A DNA stretch of 64,000 nt. Origin: Smithellaceae bacterium (GTDB taxonomy: Bacteria; Desulfobacterota; Syntrophia; Syntrophales; Smithellaceae). The stretch covers positions 2,944,001-3,008,000 of the forward strand of contig CAXXVL010000002.1 in NCBI GenBank assembly GCA_963667845.2, written 5' to 3'. Within the stretch, counting starts at the first letter, position 1; the number at the start of each line of letters is the position of its first letter. The notes below the pieces were generated by a model. The model saw nothing but the letters and a program-made list of their open reading frames with translations, ran no database searches and was not told the DNA's origin. Shown piece by piece: positions 49,552 to 60,647 of this stretch. The translations under genes were made by a program, and so were the position numbers.

Positions 49552-50741
49552 AGCTGGCTTCTAGGGTAGCAAAAGTAAAACCGTCGGAGACTCTGGCCAT
49601 TACGGCGAAGGCCAATGCCTTAAAGGCCCAGGGAAGAGATGTCATTGGTTTCGGCGCCGGGGAACCTGACTTTGATACTCCGGACCATATTAAGAAGGCT
49701 GCCATTGCAGCCATTGAAGCTGGTTTTACGAAGTATACGCCCGTAGGCGGAACTGACGAATTGAAAGACGCGATCGTCCGCAAACTGAAAGTTGATAACA
49801 ATCTGGAATACAAACGTTCCGAAGTTGTTGTATCGTGCGGTGCGAAACATACTCTCTACAACCTGGCTCAGGCGCTCTTTGGCGAAGGCGATGAAGTCAT
49901 TATCCCTGCGCCTTACTGGGTATCCTATCCGGATATCGTTGTCCTGGCCGGCGGCACCCCCGTGATCGTCGACACGCTTGAGAAAGACGGCTTCAAGATG
50001 AAGCCCGAGCAGCTGAAAGCGGCAATTACCGGTCATACGAAGGCGGTCATTCTTAACGGTCCGTCGAATCCGACGGGAGCGGCCTATTCACCGGACGATC
50101 TCAAGGCACTGGCCGACGTTCTGGCCCCAACGGATATCGTCATTATATCGGATGATATTTACGAGAAAATACTTTATGCAGATTTTCCTTTTGCAAATAT
50201 GGTAATGGTCGATCCGCGTTTGAAAGACAGAACCGTCGTCGTTAATGGCGTTTCCAAAGCCTATGCCATGACCGGCTGGCGGATCGGGTACGCGGCAGGT
50301 CCCGAAGAGATCATCGGAGCGATCGCTAAGATTCAAAGCCAGAATACATCCAACCCGACATCGATATCGCAAAAAGCATCCGTGGCGGCGCTCAACGGCG
50401 ATCAGAGCGTAGTCGCGATGATGGTCGGGGAGTTCAGGAAGAGAAGGGACTACATCGTCGCGGCGCTCAATGACATTTCGGGACTTCGTTGCTTGATGCC
50501 CGAAGGCGCTTTCTACGTCTTTCCGAATGTATCGGGGATATATGGTCGTTCTTTCGCCGGGCGGAAAATAACGAATTCAACGGAGTTTATTGAATATCTG
50601 CTGGATGAAGCCAATGTGGCCACCGTGCCCGGGGCGGCGTTTGGCAGCGATTCGCATATCCGCCTATCTTATGCGACATCCCTGAAGAACATCGAAGAGG
50701 GCGTCAAAAGAATCAAGAACGCTATAGCGAAACTGGATTAG
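49548..50741 (+). CDS. aspC: Aspartate aminotransferase (class I PLP)
   Basis: GEPDF.TP, PYWVSY, P.NPTG, DDIY, SK.YAMTGWR.G. Confidence 0.85.
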   Translation: MKLASRVAKVKPSETLAITAKANALKAQGRDVIGFGAGEPDFDTPDHIKKAAIAAIEAGFTKYTPVGGTDELKDAIVRKLKVDNNLEYKRSEVVVSCGAKHTLYNLAQALFGEGDEVIIPAPYWVSYPDIVVLAGGTPVIVDTLEKDGFKMKPEQLKAAITGHTKAVILNGPSNPTGAAYSPDDLKALADVLAPTDIVIISDDIYEKILYADFPFANMVMVDPRLKDRTVVVNGVSKAYAMTGWRIGYAAGPEEIIGAIAKIQSQNTSNPTSISQKASVAALNGDQSVVAMMVGEFRKRRDYIVAALNDISGLRCLMPEGAFYVFPNVSGIYGRSFAGRKITNSTEFIEYLLDEANVATVPGAAFGSDSHIRLSYATSLKNIEEGVKRIKNAIAKLD

Positions 50742-50765
50742 ACGAACTTAAGGAAGGAAGGGAAA

Positions 50766-52169
50766 ATGGGAGGTCTTTTTGGCGCAGTCACGCGGGATAG
50801 TTGTGTTCAGACGCTCTTCTATGGGACGGACTATCATTCGCATCTCGGAACTGAAAATGGCGGTATGGCCGTCTTTGGCGCTAAAGGATTTTATAATACG
50901 ATTCATGGCATATCACAGGCGCAATTTAAGTCGCGCTTCGTCGATGACTATAAAAAGATGGAGGGATATGCGGGCATCGGTTCAATAGATGATGAATCGC
51001 CGCAACCGTTGATTTTCCGCTCCAAGTTCGGCGTTTATGCAGTTGCGGCCACCGGGCTCATCACCAATAAAAATGAACTGGTCGGTGAGCTGCTCAATGA
51101 AGGAGCGTCCTTTACGGAGATGGCCGGAGGCGGCGTCAATAATGCGGAAATTGTCGCTTCCCTGATCAACCGCGGCGATAATATTGTCGAGGGGATTGCC
51201 TCGATGCGAGGCATTATCGAGGGATCTATTTGTGTTCTGGTCCTAACAGCGGAAGGCATTTATGCTGCCCGGGACAAGTTCGGACGTTTTCCCCTGGCGC
51301 TCGGTCAATCCAAGGATGCAGGCAGAAAGTCATATGTCGTGGCGACGGAAGCCAGTTCTTTCGAGAATCTTGGTTATGAATTGCATCGTTTTCTAGGGCC
51401 CGGGGAAATTGTGCTGCTGTCTGCGGATGGCGTCAAGCAGCTCAAACCGGAAGGAAACCGGAAAAAAATATGTTCCTTCTTATGGATCTACACAGGTTCT
51501 CCGTCATCGATTTATGACGGGATCAGTGTGGAGCGAACCCGGGAGCGCTGCGGCAGCTTTTTAGCCAAGCGGGATAATGTTGAGGCGGATTTTGTCGCCG
51601 GTGTTCCTGATTCCGGCGTGGGCCATGCGATCGGTTACGCGATGGAATCGGGGATCCCTTATCGGCGGCCTCTGGTCAAATACACACCCGGCTATGGACG
51701 TAGCTATACGCCGCCCACGCAGGAAATTCGTGACCTGGTGGCAACCATGAAACTCGTTGCCGTCAAGGATGTCATCAACGGCAACCGGATGATCGTTTGC
51801 GATGACTCGATCGTTCGCGGTACACAACTGAAAAATTTAACCGTGAAGAAATTGTGGGACAACGGGGCCAAGGAGATTCATATTCGACCCGCCTGTCCGC
51901 CTCTGATGTTTCCCTGCATTTACGCGTCGTCGACCAGATCAACTGCCGAACTGGCCTGCCGGAAAGCGATGCGTGCGCTGGAGGGAAAAGACATCGAAGA
52001 TCCGTCGGAGTATCTGGATACCGCATCGGTAAAGCATGTGAAAATGATCGATTGGATTCGTCGTGATTTAAATGTGACGTCTCTCAAATATATGACCATA
52101 GACGATATGATCGAGGCGATTACCTTGCCCCCGGAGCAGCTCTGCCTGCATTGCTGGCTGGGAAAATGA
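50766..52169 (+). CDS. purF: Amidophosphoribosyltransferase homologue lacking N-terminal Cys
   Basis: QP, RD..GR.P, GPGEIV, GVPDSG, DDSIVRGT PRPP loop, Fe-S Cys (CSF, CPP, C..C); N-terminus MGGLFG. Confidence 0.88.
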   Translation: MGGLFGAVTRDSCVQTLFYGTDYHSHLGTENGGMAVFGAKGFYNTIHGISQAQFKSRFVDDYKKMEGYAGIGSIDDESPQPLIFRSKFGVYAVAATGLITNKNELVGELLNEGASFTEMAGGGVNNAEIVASLINRGDNIVEGIASMRGIIEGSICVLVLTAEGIYAARDKFGRFPLALGQSKDAGRKSYVVATEASSFENLGYELHRFLGPGEIVLLSADGVKQLKPEGNRKKICSFLWIYTGSPSSIYDGISVERTRERCGSFLAKRDNVEADFVAGVPDSGVGHAIGYAMESGIPYRRPLVKYTPGYGRSYTPPTQEIRDLVATMKLVAVKDVINGNRMIVCDDSIVRGTQLKNLTVKKLWDNGAKEIHIRPACPPLMFPCIYASSTRSTAELACRKAMRALEGKDIEDPSEYLDTASVKHVKMIDWIRRDLNVTSLKYMTIDDMIEAITLPPEQLCLHCWLGK

Positions 52170-52194
52170 TTTAAAACATCGGACCGGTTATTGG

Positions 52195-52251
52195 AAAGCG
52201 GCGGTTCCCTGTGACGTTCATTCATGAACGCATCGGTGACCGCTTTTTTTT
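52195..52251 (+). terminator. Terminator-like hairpin after purF
   Basis: GCGGT...CGTTCAT/ATGAACG...ACCGC followed by T8. Confidence 0.6.
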
Positions 52252-52368
52252 ATTTTTTGGATGACTAAGATGCGGATTTTCATAAATTAGCCATTGCCCA
52301 GGATGCATTCACATGTTATAAAATTCCAAACGGTTTTAAAAAAGTGAATTATAGGACAATACGAAGTA

Positions 52369-53451
52369 ATGGAATACGCCCCGAAAGCGAGAAGAAAATC
52401 CAGATCCATTCATGTCGGGTCAGTCAAAATAGGAGGGAATGCACCCATTGCCGTTCAATCGATGACCAATACGGATACCCGTAATGTTGACGAAACGGTA
52501 AAGCAAATCCGTGTTCTTGAAGAAGCAGGCTGTGAAATCGCGCGGGTTGCCATTCCCGATCAGGAAGCCGTCGATGCGCTGCCGGCTATTAAGAAAGGCA
52601 TTCATGTTCCTCTGATCGCCGATATTCATTTTCACTATCAATTGGCCATTAACGCTATAAAGAATGGTGCGGACGGCATTCGGATCAACCCCGGCAATAT
52701 GGGCAAAGATAAGATTGCTGAGGTGGTGAAGGCAGCCAAGGAACGCGGCACAGTCATCCGCATTGGTGTCAACGCCGGTTCTCTTGAGAAGGACCTGGTT
52801 CTGGAGTATGGCGGCGTAAACGCGGAAGCGCTTTGCACCAGTGCCTTGCGCAACATCGAACTGTTTGAGGATTTGGGGTTTGATTTGATCAAACTGTCGC
52901 TCAAATCATCCGACGTGCCGATGATGATCGAGGCCTATCGCATGATTGCCGGACGGACGGACTACCCTCTGCACCTGGGCGTCACGGAGGCCGGGACTCT
53001 GGTCGATGCCGCCATCAAATCGTCGCTGGGCATCGGAACACTTCTTTATGACGGCATCGGTGACACCATCCGCGTTTCCGTTACGGGCGACCCTGTTTTG
53101 GAGCTGCCTGTCGCTTACGGTATTCTGCGGGCCTTGAAGATTCGTCAGGTCGGACCCGAAATCGTTTCGTGTCCGACCTGCGGCCGCTGCCAGATTGATC
53201 TGACCGGTCTGGTCTCTCGGGTTGAAAAGGAACTGGCCGGCAGAAAAGAATACATCAAAGTGGCGTTGATGGGGTGTGTGGTGAATGGACCGGGGGAAGC
53301 CGCAGACGCCGATATCGGTATAGCCGGCGGGCACGGCTTCGGGATGATGTTCAAAAAAGGTGTGGCGTATAAAAAAGTTGAGGAAAAAGATTTTGTCCGG
53401 GTTTTACTCGCGGAGATAAAATCACTGGATACTGAAATGAAGGAGGATTAA
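52369..53451 (+). CDS. ispG: (E)-4-hydroxy-3-methylbut-2-enyl-diphosphate synthase
   Basis: [42 protein letters not shown]. Confidence 0.97.
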   Translation: MEYAPKARRKSRSIHVGSVKIGGNAPIAVQSMTNTDTRNVDETVKQIRVLEEAGCEIARVAIPDQEAVDALPAIKKGIHVPLIADIHFHYQLAINAIKNGADGIRINPGNMGKDKIAEVVKAAKERGTVIRIGVNAGSLEKDLVLEYGGVNAEALCTSALRNIELFEDLGFDLIKLSLKSSDVPMMIEAYRMIAGRTDYPLHLGVTEAGTLVDAAIKSSLGIGTLLYDGIGDTIRVSVTGDPVLELPVAYGILRALKIRQVGPEIVSCPTCGRCQIDLTGLVSRVEKELAGRKEYIKVALMGCVVNGPGEAADADIGIAGGHGFGMMFKKGVAYKKVEEKDFVRVLLAEIKSLDTEMKED

Positions 53452-55175
53452 TGCGTTACTCGGAAATGCACCTGCCCACGGGAAGGGAAATCCCTTCCGA
53501 TGCAGAAGTTGTCAGCAATCAGCTTATGATTCGGGCGGGAATGATCAGAAAACTGACCAGCGGCATATATTCTTATCTGCCGCTGGGCTATCGTGTGATT
53601 CGAAAAGTGGAACAGATTGTCCGTGAGGAAATGAATAAAGCCGGAGCCCAGGAAGTTCATCTGCCGATGGTTCAGCCTGCGGAATTGTGGCAGGAGTCCG
53701 GGCGCTGGACGTATTATGGCAAAGAGCTGCTGAGGTTTCGTGACCGCAATGACCGAGACTATTGCCTGGGACCGACGCACGAAGAAGTCATTACGGATCT
53801 GGTTCGTCATGATGTTAAAACCTATCGCCAATTGCCCCTTAATCTTTATCAGATTCAGACAAAATTTCGCGATGAAGTGCGTCCCCGTTTCGGCGTGATG
53901 CGCTGCCGCGAGTTCGGCATGAAAGACGCTTACAGTTTCGATGCGGATGAAGCCGGCGCTGAAAAAAGCTACGAGAAAATGTTCGTCGCGTACAACAATA
54001 TCTTCCGGCGCTGCGGCCTCATGTTCCGTGCGGTGGAAGCGGATTCCGGAAGCATCGGCGGCAGCTTCTCGCATGAGTTCATGGTCATGGCGGAGTCAGG
54101 CGAAGATGCCGTCGTTTTCTGTGAAAAATGCAAGTATGCCGCCAATCTGGAAAAAGCAGAAATCGCCAGACCCCAAAAGGCTGCCGAGGCGGAAGCACAA
54201 TGGCTACCCCTGGAGAGCGTCGCGACACCGAATGTCCGCACCATTGAGGAAGTCAGCTCCTTCCTGAATGTCTCCCCTCGTCAGATTGTCAAGACATTGA
54301 TCTTCAACGCCGACGGCAAGCCCTGTGCCGTGGTGATCCGCGGTGATCAGGAAGTGAACGAGATCAAAGTGAAAAACTATCTGGGCGCGGCCGAGCTGGA
54401 ACTGGCGGATGACGACATGATTTTAAAGGCGACGGGGGCTCCGCGCGGGTTTGCCGGTGCGGTTGGTATTAAGACAAGATTGATCGCCGACTATTCGGTT
54501 ATGAATCTGGTCAATATCGTCACCGGCGCCAATCGGGAAGATTATCACTTGAAAAATGCCAACATCGGGCGCGATTTCGAGATAGAATCCTACGCGGATC
54601 TGCGTGTTGCCGAGCCCGGGGATGCTTGTCCACGCTGTGCAGGCAGCGTAAAATTCGTCCGCGGCATTGAAGTGGGCCATGTCTTTAAATTGGGAACCAA
54701 ATACAGCAAAGCGATGAAAGCCGTCTATCTCGATCGCGACGGCAAAGAAAAAACCATGATGATGGGCTGCTATGGCATCGGCATCGGCAGAACCGTTGCT
54801 GCCTGCATCGAGCAGAATTTCGATCAGAACGGCATCATCTGGCCAATGCCGCTAGCTCCCTATTCGGTCATTGTCACGCCGGTGAATATTAATGACGCCG
54901 ATGTGATGAAAGCTTCGGAAGAGATTTACGCCCAACTGCTCGCGTGCGGTGTGGAAGTCATACTCGATGACCGTGATGAACGGGCGGGTGTGAAATTTAA
55001 AGACGCCGACCTGATCGGCATTCCGTTGAGAATCGTTGTAGGTCCCAAGAATCTGGCCAAGGGCCAGGTTGAGTTGAAAATCCGCAGAAGCGGCGAGAGC
55101 AGGCTTTATGCAACCCCAGACGTTGTTTCTGAAGTTCAGGGGATCATCGCCGCCGAATTGAAAGAGGCCAGCTAA
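53451..55175 (+). CDS. proS: Proline--tRNA ligase (with INS editing domain)
   Basis: ESGRW, LGPTHEE, FRDE.RPRFG.MR.REF.MKDAYSF, IEVGH.FKLG.KYS, MGCYGIG. Confidence 0.98.
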   Translation: MRYSEMHLPTGREIPSDAEVVSNQLMIRAGMIRKLTSGIYSYLPLGYRVIRKVEQIVREEMNKAGAQEVHLPMVQPAELWQESGRWTYYGKELLRFRDRNDRDYCLGPTHEEVITDLVRHDVKTYRQLPLNLYQIQTKFRDEVRPRFGVMRCREFGMKDAYSFDADEAGAEKSYEKMFVAYNNIFRRCGLMFRAVEADSGSIGGSFSHEFMVMAESGEDAVVFCEKCKYAANLEKAEIARPQKAAEAEAQWLPLESVATPNVRTIEEVSSFLNVSPRQIVKTLIFNADGKPCAVVIRGDQEVNEIKVKNYLGAAELELADDDMILKATGAPRGFAGAVGIKTRLIADYSVMNLVNIVTGANREDYHLKNANIGRDFEIESYADLRVAEPGDACPRCAGSVKFVRGIEVGHVFKLGTKYSKAMKAVYLDRDGKEKTMMMGCYGIGIGRTVAACIEQNFDQNGIIWPMPLAPYSVIVTPVNINDADVMKASEEIYAQLLACGVEVILDDRDERAGVKFKDADLIGIPLRIVVGPKNLAKGQVELKIRRSGESRLYATPDVVSEVQGIIAAELKEAS

Positions 55176-55202
55176 CGACCGCGCTTTAGACTGGAAATCT
55201 TC

Positions 55203-57350
55203 ATGTTAAGAATAAATGATATTCTTGATAAAGCTCAAGCCTATCTGGCGCCTGACGAGCTGGAGATGATTCAGAAGGCCTACATTTATTCGGCCACCGT
55301 GCATCAGGGGCAGGTGCGTCTGTCCGGAGAGCCTTATCTCACGCACCCCATGGAAGTTGCCGGCATCCTCGTCGATATGAAGATGGATTCTGCGACGATC
55401 ATCAGCGGGTTACTGCACGACACCATCGAAGACACCCTGACCACCAAAGAACAAATCGAGCGGGAATTCGGTAAGGATGTCGCTTTTCTGGTGAACGGTC
55501 TGACCAAGTTGAGCCGCATTTCTTTCGGCTCGCAGGAGGAAAGGCAGGCCGAAAATTTCCGGAAGATGATTCTGGCCATGTCCGCCGACATCCGCATTCT
55601 CCTCGTCCGTTTGGCCGACCGCATTCACAATATGAGAACCCTTCAATATCAGACACCGGATCGAAGGATTTATATCGCCCGCGAAACCATGGATGTCTAT
55701 GCGCCGCTCGCCAATCGTCTGGGAATCAACTGGATGAAAATGGAGCTCGAAGACCTGGCCTTTAAGTACATTTCGCCGGACGCCTATAAAGAGATCGCCA
55801 CTCGCGTCTCCAAATCCCAGGAGTCGCGGAACCGCTATACGGAAGAAGTCAAAAATATTATTTTCACGGAACTCGAAAAAGTGTCTGTTAAAGGCTACGT
55901 GGAGGGCAGGGCAAAGCATCTTTACGGCATTTATAAAAAAATGCATGAGCAGCATATTAATTTTGACGAAGTTTATGATGTCATCGCCTTCCGCATCATT
56001 CTCGATTCGGACGTCGATAAAACCTGCTATGAAGCGCTGAGCATCGTCCACGCGATCTGGAAACCTGTACCGGGCCGGTTCAAAGATTATATCGCCATGC
56101 CCAAGGCCAACAATTATCAGTCGCTGCACACCGCCGTGATCGGTCCTTACGGGGAACGGGTCGAAATCCAGATTCGCAGCCGGGCGATGCATGAATGGGC
56201 GGAAAAGGGCATTGCCGCCCACTGGCGCTATAAAGAAGGGCGGGCATTTCAGGACAATGAAGAGAACCAGATCAAAAAGCTCCGTGAGGTCCTCGAAATT
56301 CAGCAGGACATCAAGAATCCGAAGGAATTCATGTCCAACCTGAAATTGGCGCTGTTTCCGGAAGAGGTTTACGTCTTTACGCCGCACGGCGACGTCAAGT
56401 CTTTTCCCAAGGGAGCAACCCCGATTGATTTTGCTTACAGCATCCATACCGATGTCGGTAATCAATGTATCGGGGCCAAGGTGAACCGCAATATCGTGCC
56501 GCTGCGGTATCAACTGCAAAACGGCGACCAGATCGACATTATCACGCAGACCGGTCATCATCCGAGCAAAGACTGGTTGAAGTACGTGGTGACTTCAAGG
56601 GCAATTTCCAAAATCCGCAACTGGATCAATCTGGAGGAAAAAAACAGTTCCCTGGTGCTGGGCAAAGATTTGCTGGAAAAAGAGTTCAAGCGCAATAACC
56701 TGAAATTCGGCAATTTTATCAAGTCCGATGAGTTTAAAAAAATCCTGACGGAGCATTCGTTGCAGACGCTCGATGATTTGATTTCGCAGGTCGGTTACGG
56801 CCGCATTTCGCCCAGACAGGTGGTAAATCATTTTCTGGCTCAGGAGGCGCCGAAAGAACCGGAGAAACTTCCGGAGAAGGATAAGGCGAAGAAGAAATCC
56901 GACTCGCCGTCTCTGGGAATCAGCTTGACCGGGATCGACGATGTCATGGTGAAGTTTGCCAGGTGCTGTAATCCGATTCCGGGCGACGAGATATCCGGTT
57001 ATATTTCGCGGGGACGCGGCATTACGGTGCATACGCAGAATTGTCCGCATCTGAAGCGCCTCGACGCCGAAAGGATTGTGGAAGTCAATTGGGACGTGCG
57101 GCAGAAGCATGCCTATCCCGTGAATATCAAGGTTGTCTGTAATGACCAGAAAGGCGTTTTGACGGAAGTGAGCTCGGTGATCACCTCCTTTGACGTCAAC
57201 ATCAGCTTTGCTCAGGTCGAAACCACCGATATGATCGCCAACTGTTTATTCGTTATTGATGTTTATGACATCCAGCAGCTCAACGCCATCTTTTCAGCCA
57301 TTCGGCAATTGAAAATCGTCCGTTCCATTGAAAGGATTCGCAAAGCCTGA
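55203..57350 (+). CDS. relA: Bifunctional (p)ppGpp synthetase/hydrolase (RelA/SpoT, Rel)
   Basis: H..Q.R.SGEPY..HP, intact LHD.IED hydrolase, RFKDY, YQSLHT, EIQIR, TGS, CC and ACT domains. Confidence 0.95.
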   Translation: MLRINDILDKAQAYLAPDELEMIQKAYIYSATVHQGQVRLSGEPYLTHPMEVAGILVDMKMDSATIISGLLHDTIEDTLTTKEQIEREFGKDVAFLVNGLTKLSRISFGSQEERQAENFRKMILAMSADIRILLVRLADRIHNMRTLQYQTPDRRIYIARETMDVYAPLANRLGINWMKMELEDLAFKYISPDAYKEIATRVSKSQESRNRYTEEVKNIIFTELEKVSVKGYVEGRAKHLYGIYKKMHEQHINFDEVYDVIAFRIILDSDVDKTCYEALSIVHAIWKPVPGRFKDYIAMPKANNYQSLHTAVIGPYGERVEIQIRSRAMHEWAEKGIAAHWRYKEGRAFQDNEENQIKKLREVLEIQQDIKNPKEFMSNLKLALFPEEVYVFTPHGDVKSFPKGATPIDFAYSIHTDVGNQCIGAKVNRNIVPLRYQLQNGDQIDIITQTGHHPSKDWLKYVVTSRAISKIRNWINLEEKNSSLVLGKDLLEKEFKRNNLKFGNFIKSDEFKKILTEHSLQTLDDLISQVGYGRISPRQVVNHFLAQEAPKEPEKLPEKDKAKKKSDSPSLGISLTGIDDVMVKFARCCNPIPGDEISGYISRGRGITVHTQNCPHLKRLDAERIVEVNWDVRQKHAYPVNIKVVCNDQKGVLTEVSSVITSFDVNISFAQVETTDMIANCLFVIDVYDIQQLNAIFSAIRQLKIVRSIERIRKA

Positions 57351-57448
57351 AAATAGTGAGAAGTTCCATTTGAATGTTGACAAACCTATCCACTCTGCTA
57401 TAAGCAGGCGCAACTTACACAAAATCGAGAGATAGGCATAATCAATAG

Positions 57449-58138
57449 GTGAAGATCATGTTTCAAAAAGAGCTCAAATATGCGGTCATCTTTATTTCCG
57501 TCCTGATGCTGTGTCTTCCGGGATTCCTGAGTCATGCCCAGACGGCAAAGCATGTTGTTGTCATCGATGCGGCACACGGCGGTGAGGATTCCGGCGTTAT
57601 CGGCATCGACAAAGCTGCTGAAAAGGATGTAACGCTGGCGATCGCTCTGGCACTGCAGAAGGAATTATCGAAAGAGAGCAATCTGGATGTGATTCTGACC
57701 CGGACGTCGGACAAGACGATTTCTCTGGATGAACGTAAGAAGATGATACTGAAAATAAACCCGGTGCTGGTTTTAAGTTTGCACGCCAATGCCGGTTTCG
57801 GCAAAGCATCGTCCGGCTTCGAACTATATTATCCCGGTTTCAAAGGCGTTCCGGCACCGGCGAAGAGTGCCAAAGCCGTAAACGCTGAAAATCAATATCT
57901 CGGTGACAGTGTGAAACTTGCGAGGCTGGTGCAGAAAAATCTCGATGTCCTCTTTCCGCGCAAGGGGAGGGGATTGAGAGAAGCGACGGTGCCGCTGGCC
58001 GAGGGATTATCCCTGCCTGTACTGACCGTCGAACTTGGCTTTATGACCAATCCGGACGAGAAGAAGAAGTTGACGTCCGGAAAAACACAAATAGAAATTG
58101 CCAAAGCTCTGGCGAAGAGCATCAAGTCCTTCTTTTAG
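57449..58138 (+). CDS. N-acetylmuramoyl-L-alanine amidase (Amidase_3), catalytic domain only
   Basis: Signal peptide; ID..HGG.D.G, EK, TR..D, SLHAN, VELGF.TN. Confidence 0.9.
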   Translation: MKIMFQKELKYAVIFISVLMLCLPGFLSHAQTAKHVVVIDAAHGGEDSGVIGIDKAAEKDVTLAIALALQKELSKESNLDVILTRTSDKTISLDERKKMILKINPVLVLSLHANAGFGKASSGFELYYPGFKGVPAPAKSAKAVNAENQYLGDSVKLARLVQKNLDVLFPRKGRGLREATVPLAEGLSLPVLTVELGFMTNPDEKKKLTSGKTQIEIAKALAKSIKSFF

Positions 58139-58145
58139 GAGTCCC

Positions 58146-58877
58146 GTGTTCAAAAGAAATAGTGATCGGAAATTTGATGAGCTGCGGGAGATCCGCATCA
58201 GCAACCGGTATCTACGGAATGTTCCGGGATCGGTGATGGTTGAATTCGGCAACACCAAAGTTCTCTGCGCAGCATCCCTGGAAGAAAAGACGGCGTCTTT
58301 TTTGAAGAACACCGGTAAAGGCTGGCTCACTGCGGAGTACTCCATGCTGCCCATGTCGACTGAGACGCGATCGGCGCGTGAATCCGTACGCGGCAAACTG
58401 GGCGGCAGGACTCATGAGATTCAAAGACTGATCGGCCGGTCGCTCCGGGCGGTAACCGACTTAACCGCTTTCGGCGAGCGAACGATTTTTATCGACTGTG
58501 ATGTCCTTCAGGCGGACGGCGGTACTAGAACCGCATCGATCACCGGCGCCTTTGTGGCCTTGGTGGATTTATTCAAAGATATGAAACAGCGGGGACTGGT
58601 CAAAGAGATTCCGGTCACGGACTTTGTCTCGGCGGTCAGCGTCGGGATCGTCGAGAATGAGGTGCTCCTGGATCTGGAATATGAAGAAGACTCCCGTGCG
58701 GAAGTCGACATGAATTTTGTCATGACCGGCACCGGCCTGTTTATTGAAGTACAGGGTACGGCCGAGCATGCTCCCTTCAGCAGGGATCAACTGGATGCCA
58801 TGACATCCCTGGCGGGACGAGGCATAGAGCGGATCACAGCCTGCCAGAAGAATGTTGTGGGTGATCTGCGGCAATGA
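58146..58877 (+). CDS. rph: Ribonuclease PH
   Basis: [45 protein letters not shown] start after AGGAG. Confidence 0.96.
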   Translation: MFKRNSDRKFDELREIRISNRYLRNVPGSVMVEFGNTKVLCAASLEEKTASFLKNTGKGWLTAEYSMLPMSTETRSARESVRGKLGGRTHEIQRLIGRSLRAVTDLTAFGERTIFIDCDVLQADGGTRTASITGAFVALVDLFKDMKQRGLVKEIPVTDFVSAVSVGIVENEVLLDLEYEEDSRAEVDMNFVMTGTGLFIEVQGTAEHAPFSRDQLDAMTSLAGRGIERITACQKNVVGDLRQ

Positions 58878-59473
58878 GAATCGTTTTCGCAACCAGAAAC
58901 GAGGGCAAGGTCAGAGAAATAACTGAAATGCTTGGCCGCACTGATGTGGAATTGGTCTCCCTGAATCACTTTGCAGCGCTTCCGGAAATCGTGGAGGATG
59001 GTAAAACGTATCTGGAAAATGCATTGAAAAAAGCCAGAACGGTATCTGAATACACCGGTGAGACGGTCCTGGCGGATGATTCCGGCCTGCAAGTGGATGC
59101 GTTGGGCGGGGAGCCGGGTGTCTACTCGGCCCGGTACGCCGGCGAAACAGCATCAGATGAAGAAAATAACGCCAAACTCCTTGCCAAATTGAAGGATGTG
59201 CCGGAAGAAAAAAGAACGGCCTCTTTCTTTTGCGCATTGGTGCTTTACCATCCGGACGGCCGGTATCAGGCATTTGAGGCCCAGTGGCAGGGCCGGATCA
59301 TTGACGAACGGCGAGGAAATAACGGATTCGGCTATGATCCGATTTTTCTTTGGCCGCAATTGGATAAAACCGCAGCGGAGTTGCCGCCCGAAATAAAAAA
59401 CAAAGTCAGCCACCGCGGACAGGCTTTTGCGAAACTGAAAAGCCATCTGGTTAAAGATATGAAAACAAAGTAA
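58874..59473 (+). CDS. rdgB: dITP/XTP pyrophosphatase
   Basis: T.N.GK..E, E.G.T..ENA..KA, DDSGL, PGVYSAR, GFGYDP, K...SHR. Confidence 0.96.
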   Translation: MRIVFATRNEGKVREITEMLGRTDVELVSLNHFAALPEIVEDGKTYLENALKKARTVSEYTGETVLADDSGLQVDALGGEPGVYSARYAGETASDEENNAKLLAKLKDVPEEKRTASFFCALVLYHPDGRYQAFEAQWQGRIIDERRGNNGFGYDPIFLWPQLDKTAAELPPEIKNKVSHRGQAFAKLKSHLVKDMKTK

Positions 59474-59475
59474 GT

Positions 59476-59552
<77 letters not shown>

Positions 59553-59854
59553 GTTCCTTCAAACACAAATGATGCTTTTGGGGATGACTCGTCCAGGGTG
59601 TCATTTGCAGAGCGTCTATCCGACATCCCGAATTCTGCCACCTGATCTGATTAAAAAACCAATAGCCGCATAAGATGCACCAAAGAAGGCAATGTACTTC
59701 TTTCTGTTAGGTCAATTCATTTCTCTTCGTAAGCCTCCAAATTGAATCTACTACGTTCAAAAGGTGAGAGTTCATATCTCGCAATATGGATAGCTATTCG
59801 ATAAAATAAAATTAATGACGATTGTAATATATTGATATAATTAATAAAGAAAAT

Positions 59855-59920
59855 TATTTCATGAAATATGAAATATTAATCATGAAATTAATTGACAAAA
59901 TAATTTCATTTCTTTAAAAT
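59855..59920 (+). promoter_or_regulatory. sigma70 promoter with operator-like repeats upstream of gntR
   Basis: TTGACA 59892-97, 17 nt, TAAAAT 59915-20; palindrome TATTTCATGAAATA 59855-68; ATGAAATTA/TAATTTCAT inverted repeat around the -35. Confidence 0.75.
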
Positions 59921-59926
59921 GCTACC

Positions 59927-60613
59927 ATGATGATTAAAGTAAGCAAAGAGCGATTAAGCAACCAGGTTTATACGATCCTCAAAGGAATGATAGCGGACCA
60001 CCGTTTCAATCCCGGCACACGCGTCAACGTTGAGCAGCTGGCGAAAGAAGTGGGAGCGAGCAGAACACCTGTTTGGGAGGCGGTGCATCGCCTCGTTCAG
60101 GAGGGCCTTCTGGAGAATATTCCGAACCGCGGTGTTTTCATGTGCGCACTGACGCCCGGTCAGGCTATTGAACTCTATACCGTCAGAGAATCACTGGAAG
60201 CGCTGGCGGCGCGTCTGGCGATTCAGAATATGGACGAAAAGACCATCAGCAAGATGAAGAAATGTCTTGAGGATCAATATGAAGTTGTCCGGAAAGAGGA
60301 TTTAGTGACTTACTCCCGGCTGGATTACGATTTTCACGCGATGGTCTATGAAGCAAGCGGTAATCGTACCCTGCAGGAAATGCTGGAGGCCATTAAAAAT
60401 AAAATGCGGCCCATTGCCATGCACATTACTCCCATCCTTTCGAGTTTGTATCACGATCACGTGGAGATTCTGGAGTCCTTCCAGGAAAAAAATGCGGATA
60501 AGGCGGAAGCAGCATTTCGAAAGCACAACCATCAAATGATCGTTCAGATTCAAGCCAGCATGAAGACTGATGAATGGAAGGAGGCGCCGACAAAAGGCGC
60601 AAACTTAACATGA
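59927..60613 (+). CDS. GntR (FadR/FCD) transcriptional regulator
   Basis: VY..LK..I....F.PG, LA...G.SRTPV.EA..RL..EGL....P.RG; FCD domain D..FH, H..I, H. Confidence 0.93.
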   Translation: MMIKVSKERLSNQVYTILKGMIADHRFNPGTRVNVEQLAKEVGASRTPVWEAVHRLVQEGLLENIPNRGVFMCALTPGQAIELYTVRESLEALAARLAIQNMDEKTISKMKKCLEDQYEVVRKEDLVTYSRLDYDFHAMVYEASGNRTLQEMLEAIKNKMRPIAMHITPILSSLYHDHVEILESFQEKNADKAEAAFRKHNHQMIVQIQASMKTDEWKEAPTKGANLT

Positions 60614-60647
60614 GGATAAAAGCAATATAACTTAAAGGAGGTAGACC

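Noticed and set aside
55410..56561. 383-aa antisense ORF, and similar ones opposite lepA, fusA, recB and proS
   Set aside because: Shadow ORFs on the reverse strand of conserved genes, with no motifs
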